From positions 191,647-255,646 of the forward strand of contig NZ_CBFHMV010000001.1 in NCBI RefSeq assembly GCF_965657075.1: 64,000 nt of DNA, given 5' to 3'. The notes under the pieces are model-generated. The model did not search any database. It saw only the letters and a program-made list of their open reading frames with translations, and was not told the origin of the DNA. Below, piece by piece: positions 26,872 through 35,020 of this stretch (position 1 is its first letter; every line of letters starts with the position of its first letter). Source of the DNA: Flavobacterium sp. (GTDB lineage: Bacteria > Bacteroidota > Bacteroidia > Flavobacteriales > Flavobacteriaceae). The position numbers and the translations under genes were made by a program.

Positions 26872-27414
26872 TTGATAATCGAACAGCTGATAAATGACTG
26901 TAAAAAAGATGATACTAAGGCTCAAGAACAAATATATAGGTTGTTAGCACCTAAATTATTCTCCGTTTGTCTTAAGTATTCACGAAGTTATGAAGAAGCT
27001 CAAGATAATTTACAAGACGGATTTATTTTAATTTTTGAAAAAATAAGTCAGTTTAAAAATTTAGGTTCGTTTGAAGGATGGTGTAAGCGATTAATGACCA
27101 ATCATATTCTTCAACAATATAAGAAAAAAAAGATTTTTGAAATAGTTTCAGATAATTATCCAGAAGTTGAAGACGTTGAAATTGAAGATGAAGATGTTTC
27201 GATTGATTTTTTGACTAAAATTATTCAAGAATTACCGGAACGCTACAGATTGGTTTTTAATCTTTATGTGATGGATGGTTTTTCGCACAAAGAAATTGCA
27301 GAAATGCTTGATATTAATATAGGAACATCAAAATCTAATTTAGCAAGAGCTAAAGGCATTTTAAAACAAAAAATAGAACAGAACAACAATATTTCAGTTC
27401 CAAAGATTAAATGA
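26872..27414 (+). CDS. ECF-subfamily RNA polymerase sigma-70 factor
   Basis: Region 2 (AQDNLQDGFILIFEK..F.GW) and region 4 HTH (FSHKEIAEMLDINIGTSKSNLARAK). The only in-frame start after the upstream stop is TTG. Confidence 0.9.
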   Translation: MIIEQLINDCKKDDTKAQEQIYRLLAPKLFSVCLKYSRSYEEAQDNLQDGFILIFEKISQFKNLGSFEGWCKRLMTNHILQQYKKKKIFEIVSDNYPEVEDVEIEDEDVSIDFLTKIIQELPERYRLVFNLYVMDGFSHKEIAEMLDINIGTSKSNLARAKGILKQKIEQNNNISVPKIK

Positions 27415-28811
27415 AAGAAAACAAAAATATAGAACGTTTATTTCAAGAAAAATTCAAAGATTTTGAAGCAATGCCACCAGCTGATGCCTGGAACAATATT
27501 GCCCAAAGATTAAATGAAAAGAAAAAGAAAAGAAGAGTTATTCCTCTTTGGTTTATGTCAACGGGAATAGCGGCTTCGTTTTTATTGTTAGGGTTAATAG
27601 GGTATGATTATTTCAATACAACTACACCAACAATTGAAAATAAAAAATTAAATAATAAAACAAACACTTTTGAGCTTAACAATAATACCAAGTATGTTAA
27701 CGGCAGTAAAAATACAGATGAAAATGTAAAACAATTTGAAGATAATTCAAGTTCAAATCTCACCAATAGCAACAAAAAAAATATTACTGACAACATAGAA
27801 AATTCGGGTAAATTTTACTCAAATAAAAGCATATTTACAGATAATTCAAACAGTTCTAATAACTCTAACGGTTCTAATTTATTCAAAGAATCTAATAGTA
27901 TTAATTCTGAATTATCAGAAAAAGAATTGATTTTTGATAAAAAAAATACAACAACAAATGATTTAGTTTTTAATATAAATGAAATTAAATCGGTTAACGA
28001 TAGTACTCTAGTAGCTACAATTTCGAAGGAAGTTTCTGAATTAGAGGAATTGCTAAAAGAAAAAGAAGTGGGATTAAATGCTGATGAAAAAGAAAAAAGA
28101 AATAGATGGGGAGTTATGTCTAACGTAGCTCCTGTTTATTTCAATTCTTTGACTAACGGTTCACCTTTAGGCAATCAATTTGCAGAAAACACAAAAACAT
28201 TTAAACCAAGTGTGAGTTATGGGGTTGGAGTTGGCTATGCAATTACAGACAAATTGAATGTAAGAGCAGGAGTCAATAATTTAAATTTTGAATATAATAC
28301 CAACGATGTGTTTTACAGTTCAACTCTTAATGCTGTTGCTAATGACAATACGAATTTGAGTAGAAATGCAAACGGTCAAGGAATTGTTTTTATTGATAAA
28401 AGCAAAGTGACATCCTTGTCAACAGATGTTGAAAATGTAGTGATAAACACAAAAGGAATTTTAAACCAACAAATTAATTTTATTGAAATGCCTGTAGAAT
28501 TAAGTTATAAGTTAATTGACAATAAATTTAGTGTTGATGTTATTGGCGGATTTAGTTCCTTGTTTTTAAATCAAAATTCAGTTTCATTAATATCTAATGG
28601 AATGACTATGGAAATAGGTGAGGCCAGTAACTTAAATAATGTTCACTTTAGTGGAAATTTAGGTTTAGGAATAAAATATAACTTCTTAAAATCGTTTGAA
28701 GCTAGTTTTAATCCTATGATAAAACATCAAATAAATACTTATAAAAACAATTCAGGAAACTTTAATCCTTATTTTATCGGATTATACTCAGGATTAATTT
28801 ATAAGTTTTAG
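27411..28811 (+). CDS. Sigma-linked membrane protein: anti-sigma-like N-terminus + TM helix + N/S-rich linker + C-terminal OMP-like beta-barrel
   Basis: ATGA overlap with the sigma gene. TM helix VIPLWFMSTGIAASFLLLGLIGY. The C-terminal ~230 aa show alternating beta-strand periodicity and end in an aromatic terminal residue (...GLIYKF). Confidence 0.6.
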   Translation: MKENKNIERLFQEKFKDFEAMPPADAWNNIAQRLNEKKKKRRVIPLWFMSTGIAASFLLLGLIGYDYFNTTTPTIENKKLNNKTNTFELNNNTKYVNGSKNTDENVKQFEDNSSSNLTNSNKKNITDNIENSGKFYSNKSIFTDNSNSSNNSNGSNLFKESNSINSELSEKELIFDKKNTTTNDLVFNINEIKSVNDSTLVATISKEVSELEELLKEKEVGLNADEKEKRNRWGVMSNVAPVYFNSLTNGSPLGNQFAENTKTFKPSVSYGVGVGYAITDKLNVRAGVNNLNFEYNTNDVFYSSTLNAVANDNTNLSRNANGQGIVFIDKSKVTSLSTDVENVVINTKGILNQQINFIEMPVELSYKLIDNKFSVDVIGGFSSLFLNQNSVSLISNGMTMEIGEASNLNNVHFSGNLGLGIKYNFLKSFEASFNPMIKHQINTYKNNSGNFNPYFIGLYSGLIYKF

Positions 28812-28906
28812 AAAAAGAAAGTTAAGTTTTAGTTTAGATGTTTCATACCTTGTAAAGGGTGAAAATAGAAAAGTGTCCTAGCCATGGATGCTTTTTTATT
28901 TTACAA

Positions 28907-29830
28907 CTATTTCCTAATGGCTTTGTTAACCATATATAATCCAAAAATAGTAACAATTCCACCAATTATTATTGGAACAGTTAATGGTTCATTAAATAAT
29001 ACATATCCAAAAAACAAGGCTACAATTGGATTGATATAAGCATACAAACTACTAACTTCCTTTGGTAAATGTTCTAGGGCATAAATAAAAGCTATAAAAG
29101 TTAATACAGAACCAAACACAACTAAATAAGCAATAGACCACCATGAAATAGCTGGAATTTCATTTAAAGGTATAGAACTACCATTAAAACCAATAACGCC
29201 AGAAATCACAAAACAAGAAATCAACATTTGCAATCCTAGACTAAAGTACGGATTAAAATTAGTCTTGTTTTCTCTAATATAAATAGAAGATAAAGCCCAA
29301 GTAAAGGTTGCTATTATTGATAAAAGAATTCCAAATCTAAATTCAGGTTCTAAAAAGTCGTTTAAATAATCGTAAAAAATCACACAAATACCAGAAAAGC
29401 AAATTAATAAGCCAACTACAGCTCTCCAAGACATTTTTTCACCTCTAAAAAAACTTATCATTACAATCCAAAGTGGAAAAATAGATCCAATTATTGCTCC
29501 TAAACCACTCGAAATATATTTAACACCCCATGTACTTAATCCATTACTAAGCATAAAATTTAATACACTTAAAATGAAGATATTTCTCCATTGACGTTTG
29601 TTGGGCCAAGGTTCTTTTTTTATTATAAAATAAGCTAAATATAAAATACCACCAAAAAACTGTCTTAATACTACCAATTGCATTGCAGGCATATGTTTTA
29701 CACCTTCTTTCGAAGCAATCCAAGTGGTTCCCCAAAAGAAGCTGATCCAGCAAAGCGCTAGAAAAGGTAGTCCTACTGCATTTTTTGTTTTCTTAATATA
29801 TTCGTGAAAAACACTAAAATAAGCCATCAA
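28907..29830 (-). CDS. EamA/DMT-family transporter
   Basis: 10-TM protein with two EamA repeats. Confidence 0.85.
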   Translation of the reverse strand: MMAYFSVFHEYIKKTKNAVGLPFLALCWISFFWGTTWIASKEGVKHMPAMQLVVLRQFFGGILYLAYFIIKKEPWPNKRQWRNIFILSVLNFMLSNGLSTWGVKYISSGLGAIIGSIFPLWIVMISFFRGEKMSWRAVVGLLICFSGICVIFYDYLNDFLEPEFRFGILLSIIATFTWALSSIYIRENKTNFNPYFSLGLQMLISCFVISGVIGFNGSSIPLNEIPAISWWSIAYLVVFGSVLTFIAFIYALEHLPKEVSSLYAYINPIVALFFGYVLFNEPLTVPIIIGGIVTIFGLYMVNKAIRK

Positions 29831-30648
29831 ATTTCTTTTTTGAATCTATAGTTTAAAACAGTTTCAATTTTAGTACTTGAAATTAGTTTTCCAATAGATT
29901 CTTGATTTTTGGCAAAGATAGGTAAAGGGAGATTTGAATTTTCAGCTTTTTTTTGATAATATTCTTTTCTTGTGGGATGATGAGGTGCAACAGCATTGAA
30001 AATGATATTGTCATTCTGAACTTGATTTAGAATTGCACAAATTATTCCAATACAATCTTTTTGATGAATTAAATTAATAGGAGCATCAGGATTTTCAACA
30101 TTTGTTTTTCCGGCTAAGAATTTTATGGGATGTCTGTCTTCTCCAATTAATCCTCCAAAACGAAGAATTGTAGTTTGAAAATTCTTATTAGTAAGTAAAA
30201 TTTCTTCCGTTTGAAGTAATTGTTTGCTGCTTTCAGAATCTGGATTTGGAATTGAGTTTTCATCAATTTCAGCAATAGGAAAATCATCAACATAAACACT
30301 TGTAGAGCTAACAAAAAGCACATTTTTTACGGTTGATTTTTCAATGTAGCAAGTTAAGAGTTTTATCTTTTCTTCAAAATTCTCTGTTGGATTACTTCTT
30401 AATTTAGGTGGAATATCAATAATCAGAAATTCAGAATCATTTAAAAATGCTTCAATATTTCCTTTAATTTCCTTTTCAGAAAGTTCAATTTGATAAGGTT
30501 GAATATTGTTATTTTTCAAATGTTCTAATTTATTTTCAGAAGTTGTAGAACCTTTTACTTCATAACCAATTTCGATTAACTTTTTTGCTAATGGAAATCC
30601 AAGCCAGCCTATGCCTAAAATTGAGATTTTTTTTCTTTTTTCTTGCAT
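29827..30648 (-). CDS. NAD(P)-binding Rossmann-fold protein (atypical SDR/epimerase-like)
   Basis: N-terminal ILGIGWLGFPLA dinucleotide-binding motif. 4-nt overlap with the downstream EamA gene. Confidence 0.7.
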   Translation of the reverse strand: MQEKRKKISILGIGWLGFPLAKKLIEIGYEVKGSTTSENKLEHLKNNNIQPYQIELSEKEIKGNIEAFLNDSEFLIIDIPPKLRSNPTENFEEKIKLLTCYIEKSTVKNVLFVSSTSVYVDDFPIAEIDENSIPNPDSESSKQLLQTEEILLTNKNFQTTILRFGGLIGEDRHPIKFLAGKTNVENPDAPINLIHQKDCIGIICAILNQVQNDNIIFNAVAPHHPTRKEYYQKKAENSNLPLPIFAKNQESIGKLISSTKIETVLNYRFKKEI

Positions 30649-30661
30649 CTTTTTTCTAAAA

Positions 30662-31012
30662 TCAGATTTCTTTTTTAACCAACATTATAAACTCATCTTC
30701 CAATAAACGATACCCTTGATCATACAAAAAGTAATACGTATTTCCGGTTTTTGTTTGTAAAATGCTTGTAAAAAACTCCATATCAAAACCTTTGCTTAAC
30801 AATTTAGTTTTAGTCGTTTTTCCTTTTCCATCTGGATTCAGGTCACAAAGAATTCTGTAATTTTTACGTAATTTATTATTCACATTACGCATCAAATTAT
30901 TTTGATCTTTGTTCATTTTGTTATTGTAGGCATTTCTGCATCCATCAGAACAAAACTTTTTGTCTTCTCTTCCTATAATTTTATCGCCACATTCTAAACA
31001 GTTTTTACTCAT
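30662..31012 (-). CDS. Zn-ribbon domain protein of unknown function
   Basis: N-terminal CxxC-N13-CxxxC (CLECGD...FCSDGC); 116 aa. Confidence 0.55.
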   Translation of the reverse strand: MSKNCLECGDKIIGREDKKFCSDGCRNAYNNKMNKDQNNLMRNVNNKLRKNYRILCDLNPDGKGKTTKTKLLSKGFDMEFFTSILQTKTGNTYYFLYDQGYRLLEDEFIMLVKKEI

Positions 31013-31015
31013 AAC

Positions 31016-31456
31016 TTACTTCTTAAAATTAAAAACTACTTCTTCCTTAGAATCTTCAAAATAAGCATAAAGATTCACTTCATTTTCAGAAATATATTCA
31101 AAAGTGAAGTTATCAAAATACATTCGGTTTCCTTCTTTTTTAATGAATCTAAAATCTTCTGATTGGTCTTTTTCTTCCCAACCTTTCAAATCTGCTCCAA
31201 AATGTTTTATTTGGTATAATAATGTTCCTTCTTTTTCTACAATATGACCTAATTCGTAAAACACTGTTTTTCCTTCAACAACAAGTTTGAAGTTAAACAT
31301 CATTGAACCACCAAAAGCTTCTCCAGTCCAATTTCCTTCGAGCCAACTTATATCTTTTAAAGTAGCTTTTTCTGAACCTTTTTCATCGTTATAATGCAAA
31401 GTGTTTTGAGCAAATCCGAAAGTTGTAAATAATAAAAATAAGATTAGTTTTTTCAT
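31016..31456 (-). CDS. Hypothetical secreted protein
   Basis: Signal peptide (LFTTFGFA-QN); 146 aa. No family confidently recognised. Confidence 0.5.
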   Translation of the reverse strand: MKKLILFLLFTTFGFAQNTLHYNDEKGSEKATLKDISWLEGNWTGEAFGGSMMFNFKLVVEGKTVFYELGHIVEKEGTLLYQIKHFGADLKGWEEKDQSEDFRFIKKEGNRMYFDNFTFEYISENEVNLYAYFEDSKEEVVFNFKK

Positions 31457-31477
31457 GATTATTAAGTTTTAAATGAA

Positions 31478-31498
31478 ATTCTGAAATCAGTTTAGAAT
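31478..31498. repeat. REP-like palindrome, same arm sequence as 16930-16950
   Basis: attctgaa-atcag-tttagaat. 8-bp arms (one G-U pair) are shared with the 16930 and 30013 copies. Intergenic between two minus-strand genes. Confidence 0.55.
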
Positions 31499-31511
31499 GA
31501 CAAAAATTGGA

Positions 31512-33038
31512 TTATTTCAGTTTTTTCAGTTGGTATAAATCTGTTCTTCGGTCTTTCATAGTGTTTACACTTCCATGCTCATGTAATTCTTTCAATAAAT
31601 TCATATCGACATCAACAATTAAAGTCATTTCCGTATTTGGAGTTGCTTCAGCTTTTATTCCGTTACTTGGAAAAGCAAAATCAGAAGGTGTAAAAACAGC
31701 CGCTTGCGCATACTGAATGTCCATGTTATTTACTTTTGGTAGATTTCCAACACAACCTGTAATAGCTACATAACATTCATTTTCTATGGCTCTTGCTTGT
31801 GCACAATGTTTTACACGTGTATAACCATTTTGGGTATCAGTTAAGAAAGGGACGAACAAAATATTCATTCCTTGATCAGCCATTAATCTTGATAATTCTG
31901 GGAATTCAACATCATAACAAATTACAATTCCAATTTTCCCACAATCCGTATCAAAGGTTTGAATCACATCTCCACCAGTAATTCCCCAATGGAAAACTTC
32001 GTTGGGTGTAATATGAATTTTGCGATACATTTCATTAGTTCCATCACGTTTACAGAGGAATCCAACATTATAAACATGTCCATTTTCAATAAAAGGCATG
32101 CTTCCTGTGATGATGTTTATGTTATAAGAAATCGCAAATTCTTGAAATTTTAATTTTACGGCTTCAGTATGTCTTGCTAATTCTTTAATAGCTTCAGCTT
32201 CAGATAAATGATTGTAATCAGCCATTAATGGTGCAGTGAATAATTCTGGAAACAAAGCAAAATCACTTCCGTAACCAGAAACCGCATCAATGAAAAATTC
32301 GGCTTGTTCAAATAAAGCTTCCAAATTATTTAAAGAACGCATTTGCCATTGAATTAAACCCAATCGAACAACACTTTTTGTGGTATTAATTAATTTCGGA
32401 CTGTCGTCATAATAAACGTTATTCCATTCAAGTAAAACTGCATATTCTTGAGATTCTTTATCACCTTCTAAATAATTTTTTAGGACACGAACTTCATGAA
32501 AATCATTACTTAATTGAAAAGACAAAACTGGATCATAAATTTCTTTTTTCTTTACTTTATCAATGTAAATTTTTGGGGTGATTTCATCTTTATATTTTCC
32601 ATAATTCGGGATTCTTCCTGCAAAAATGATGGATTTTAGATTTAATTGATCACATAATTCTTTTCGGGCATCATATAATCTTCTTCCCAAACGAAGTCCA
32701 CGATATTTTGGATTGATAAACACGTCAATTCCATAAATAACTTCTCCATCTGGATTGTGAGTTGAAAAAGAATAATTTCCTGTAACCCCTTTGTAATTTC
32801 TGGTTTTAAATGCAAAATCTTCGGTAACTAAAATTGATAATGCCGAACCTACAACAATTCCATCAACAACAATTACCAATTGTCCTTCAGGAAATATATT
32901 TAAAAGATTTTCGATTTGATTTTCTTTCCAAAATGAATCCAACATTTCTGGATACGATTCAACCATGGATTTTTTTAATTCTTTATAATCTTCTATTTGA
33001 AGATTTCTTAATTCGATAGATTTAATGTTTGTGGGCAT
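31512..33038 (-). CDS. Bifunctional GNAT N-acetyltransferase / carbon-nitrogen hydrolase (nitrilase superfamily) protein
   Basis: N-terminal GNAT fold (YRGLRLGRRLY). C-terminal CN-hydrolase domain with active-site Cys context (GIVICYDVEFPE). Confidence 0.85.
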   Translation of the reverse strand: MPTNIKSIELRNLQIEDYKELKKSMVESYPEMLDSFWKENQIENLLNIFPEGQLVIVVDGIVVGSALSILVTEDFAFKTRNYKGVTGNYSFSTHNPDGEVIYGIDVFINPKYRGLRLGRRLYDARKELCDQLNLKSIIFAGRIPNYGKYKDEITPKIYIDKVKKKEIYDPVLSFQLSNDFHEVRVLKNYLEGDKESQEYAVLLEWNNVYYDDSPKLINTTKSVVRLGLIQWQMRSLNNLEALFEQAEFFIDAVSGYGSDFALFPELFTAPLMADYNHLSEAEAIKELARHTEAVKLKFQEFAISYNINIITGSMPFIENGHVYNVGFLCKRDGTNEMYRKIHITPNEVFHWGITGGDVIQTFDTDCGKIGIVICYDVEFPELSRLMADQGMNILFVPFLTDTQNGYTRVKHCAQARAIENECYVAITGCVGNLPKVNNMDIQYAQAAVFTPSDFAFPSNGIKAEATPNTEMTLIVDVDMNLLKELHEHGSVNTMKDRRTDLYQLKKLK

Positions 33039-33055
33039 ATATAATTCATTTTTAA

Positions 33056-33106
33056 CAAATATAAGAAAAAAATTATCCGTTTACAAATGCTTACAAACAT
33101 TTACAA
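33056..33106 (-). promoter_or_regulatory. Candidate promoter of the GNAT/nitrilase gene, overlapped by three 10-bp-phased TTACAA (TTGTAA) repeats
   Basis: Minus-strand TAtaTTTG at 33056-33063. TTACAA at 33081-33086, 33091-33096 and 33101-33106. The first repeat supplies a TTG 20 nt upstream of the -7 box. Confidence 0.45.
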
Positions 33107-33267
33107 CCGAAAGTAAACAGATAATTACCGAATAATTTTTGAAAGCCATCTAATCTTTGCACTGTCGAAATGAAACACTAACAATTACAATATCAAAAAT
33201 TAATTACAATTTCAAGTTTCAATAGACAAAAAACATTTTATATAAACCATTTAAATTTTTACACGCC

Positions 33268-33600
33268 ATGAATGCATTAAGAAACAAAGTACAATTAATC
33301 GGTCACGTAGGACAAGAACCTGAAATCAAAACTTTTGAAGGAGGGAAAAAATTAGCAAACATTACGCTAGCCACAAACGAAAGCTACACCAATGCAAAAG
33401 GTGAAAAAGTTGAACAAACCGAATGGCATCGTTTAACCGCTTGGGGAAAAACAGCTGATTTAATCGAAAGCTACGTTATCAAAGGTAAGGAAATTGCTAT
33501 CGAAGGGAAGTTAACACACCGAAGTTATGACGACAAAGATGGTGTAAAACGCTACATCACAGAAGTTGTAATTAGTGATTTGCTTTTATTAGGAAAGTAA
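33268..33600 (+). CDS. ssb: Single-stranded DNA-binding protein, short form without acidic C-terminal tail
   Basis: OB-fold SSB motifs (NKVQLIGHVGQEPE, TEWHRL, AWGK). 110 aa ending ...LLLLGK, with no Gly/Pro-rich linker or DDxPF tip. Confidence 0.85.
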   Translation: MNALRNKVQLIGHVGQEPEIKTFEGGKKLANITLATNESYTNAKGEKVEQTEWHRLTAWGKTADLIESYVIKGKEIAIEGKLTHRSYDDKDGVKRYITEVVISDLLLLGK

Positions 33601-33610
33601 TTTTTAGGAA

Positions 33611-33656
33611 AGATTGCACGGATTTCTTAATTGAAGTTCGTGCAATTTCTTTTTTA
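33611..33656 (+). terminator. Probable intrinsic terminator after ssb
   Basis: agattgcacg / cgtgcaattt stem with an 18-nt loop, followed by a tctttttt run. Confidence 0.55.
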
Positions 33657-33675
33657 ACCTTTAAAATTTAAGATT

Positions 33676-34116
33676 ATGAATATCAGAGTTTTCAATATCC
33701 GATTAAGTAAAGAGTTTTGCATAATAGATCAAAACCGAATGAATGAATTTTTAGATTCAGTAGAAGTAAAGTTAACTTCAACTAATTTTGTAACAACAGG
33801 AACAATGGATTATTGGTCAGCTGTTGTTTTTTATGACACCAAAAAAAACAATGAAAAGCCAAAAGAAGAGAAATCAATTTTTGAAGATTTATCGCAACAA
33901 GAAAAGGAAATTTTTTTGGTATTAAAACAATGGAGAAATGATTTTGCTTCCAATTTAGGTTGGTCAGCTTTTAGAGTTTGTCACAATTCACATCTTATAG
34001 CTATTGCTGAAGCTAAACCAGAAACTTTAGAAGAATTAGCTAAAGTAAAAGGATTTGGAGAAGTTAGAACCGAAAAATATGGTGAAGATATTATGGCAGT
34101 TTTAAATGCTTTTTAA
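33676..34116 (+). CDS. HRDC-domain protein
   Basis: The C-terminal ~75 aa match the HRDC helical domain pattern (LKQWRNDFASNLGWSAFRVCHNSHLIAIAEAKPETLEELAKVKGFG). The N-terminal ~60 aa are unassigned. Confidence 0.7.
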   Translation: MNIRVFNIRLSKEFCIIDQNRMNEFLDSVEVKLTSTNFVTTGTMDYWSAVVFYDTKKNNEKPKEEKSIFEDLSQQEKEIFLVLKQWRNDFASNLGWSAFRVCHNSHLIAIAEAKPETLEELAKVKGFGEVRTEKYGEDIMAVLNAF

Positions 34117-35012
34117 AAGATATTTTTAGCAACTCGATACGTATTTGCATGAGCTTCAATAATGGTTTTAATTTCTGGAGAATAGCCACCACCCATAGAA
34201 ACTTGGACTGGAATTTGATATTTAGCACATAATTCAAAGACGATTTCATCTCTTTTTTTGCAACCTTCTAAAGTGCAGCCTAGTTTTCCTAATTTGTCAG
34301 AAGCTAAAATATCAACACCAGCTAAATAAAAGATAAAATCGGGTTTTTGCGTTTCAATAAGTTTTGTAATTACTTCTGAAATGGTTTTTAAAAATACATC
34401 ATCAGAAGTATTATCCTCAAAAGGAATGTCTAAATCAGATGTTTCTTTTTTGAAAGGATAATTTGTTTTTCCATGAGTTGAAAAGGTAAAAACATTAGAA
34501 TTATTATGAAAAATTTCAGCAGTTCCATTGCCTTGGTGAACGTCTAAATCTATAATTAGAATCTTTTTAACGAGATTGTTGACTAATAAAAATTGAGAAG
34601 CAATCGCTTGGTCATTCAACATGCAAAAAGCCTCACCATGAGAAGAATAAGCATGATGAGTTCCACCAGCGATATTAAAAGATACTTTTGTTTTAAAACA
34701 TTTTTGAGCACCAATTATTGTTCCTTGAGCAATTCGAAGTTTTCTTTCTACTAATTCTTTTGAAAGTGGAAATCCGATTTTTCGAGCTGCTCTTGCATCT
34801 AGAGTCAGATTAAGTAAATCATCCACATATTCTTTTGTATGAATGGCTAAAACGTGATTAATATCGCAAATTTCAGGTTCAAAGAAGTCTGATTTTAATG
34901 CTGTTCCTTCGTGTAAAAGTTGTTCAGGAAGCAATTCATATTTTAACATAGGAAAACGATGTCCTTCAGGTAAAGGATGTTTATAAATGGGATGAAATGC
35001 TATTGGAAACAT
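34113..35012 (-). CDS. Histone deacetylase-family (class II-like) deacetylase
   Basis: GGTHHAYSSHGEAFC and DLDVHQGNG zinc/active-site motifs. Confidence 0.88.
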   Translation of the reverse strand: MFPIAFHPIYKHPLPEGHRFPMLKYELLPEQLLHEGTALKSDFFEPEICDINHVLAIHTKEYVDDLLNLTLDARAARKIGFPLSKELVERKLRIAQGTIIGAQKCFKTKVSFNIAGGTHHAYSSHGEAFCMLNDQAIASQFLLVNNLVKKILIIDLDVHQGNGTAEIFHNNSNVFTFSTHGKTNYPFKKETSDLDIPFEDNTSDDVFLKTISEVITKLIETQKPDFIFYLAGVDILASDKLGKLGCTLEGCKKRDEIVFELCAKYQIPVQVSMGGGYSPEIKTIIEAHANTYRVAKNIF

Positions 35013-35020
35013 ACTGAAAA

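Noticed and set aside
27700-27960. Asn/Ser-rich repetitive-looking stretch (NSNSSNNSNGSN...), considered as a tandem repeat or contingency locus.
   Set aside because: There is no exact nucleotide tandem repeat unit. It is low-complexity coding sequence forming the linker of the sigma-associated protein.
34113-34116. Convergent HRDC and HDAC genes overlap by their stop codons within a TTTTAAAA palindrome.
   Set aside because: This is a trivial consequence of TAA/TTA complementarity in an AT-rich genome, with no structural or regulatory signal around it.
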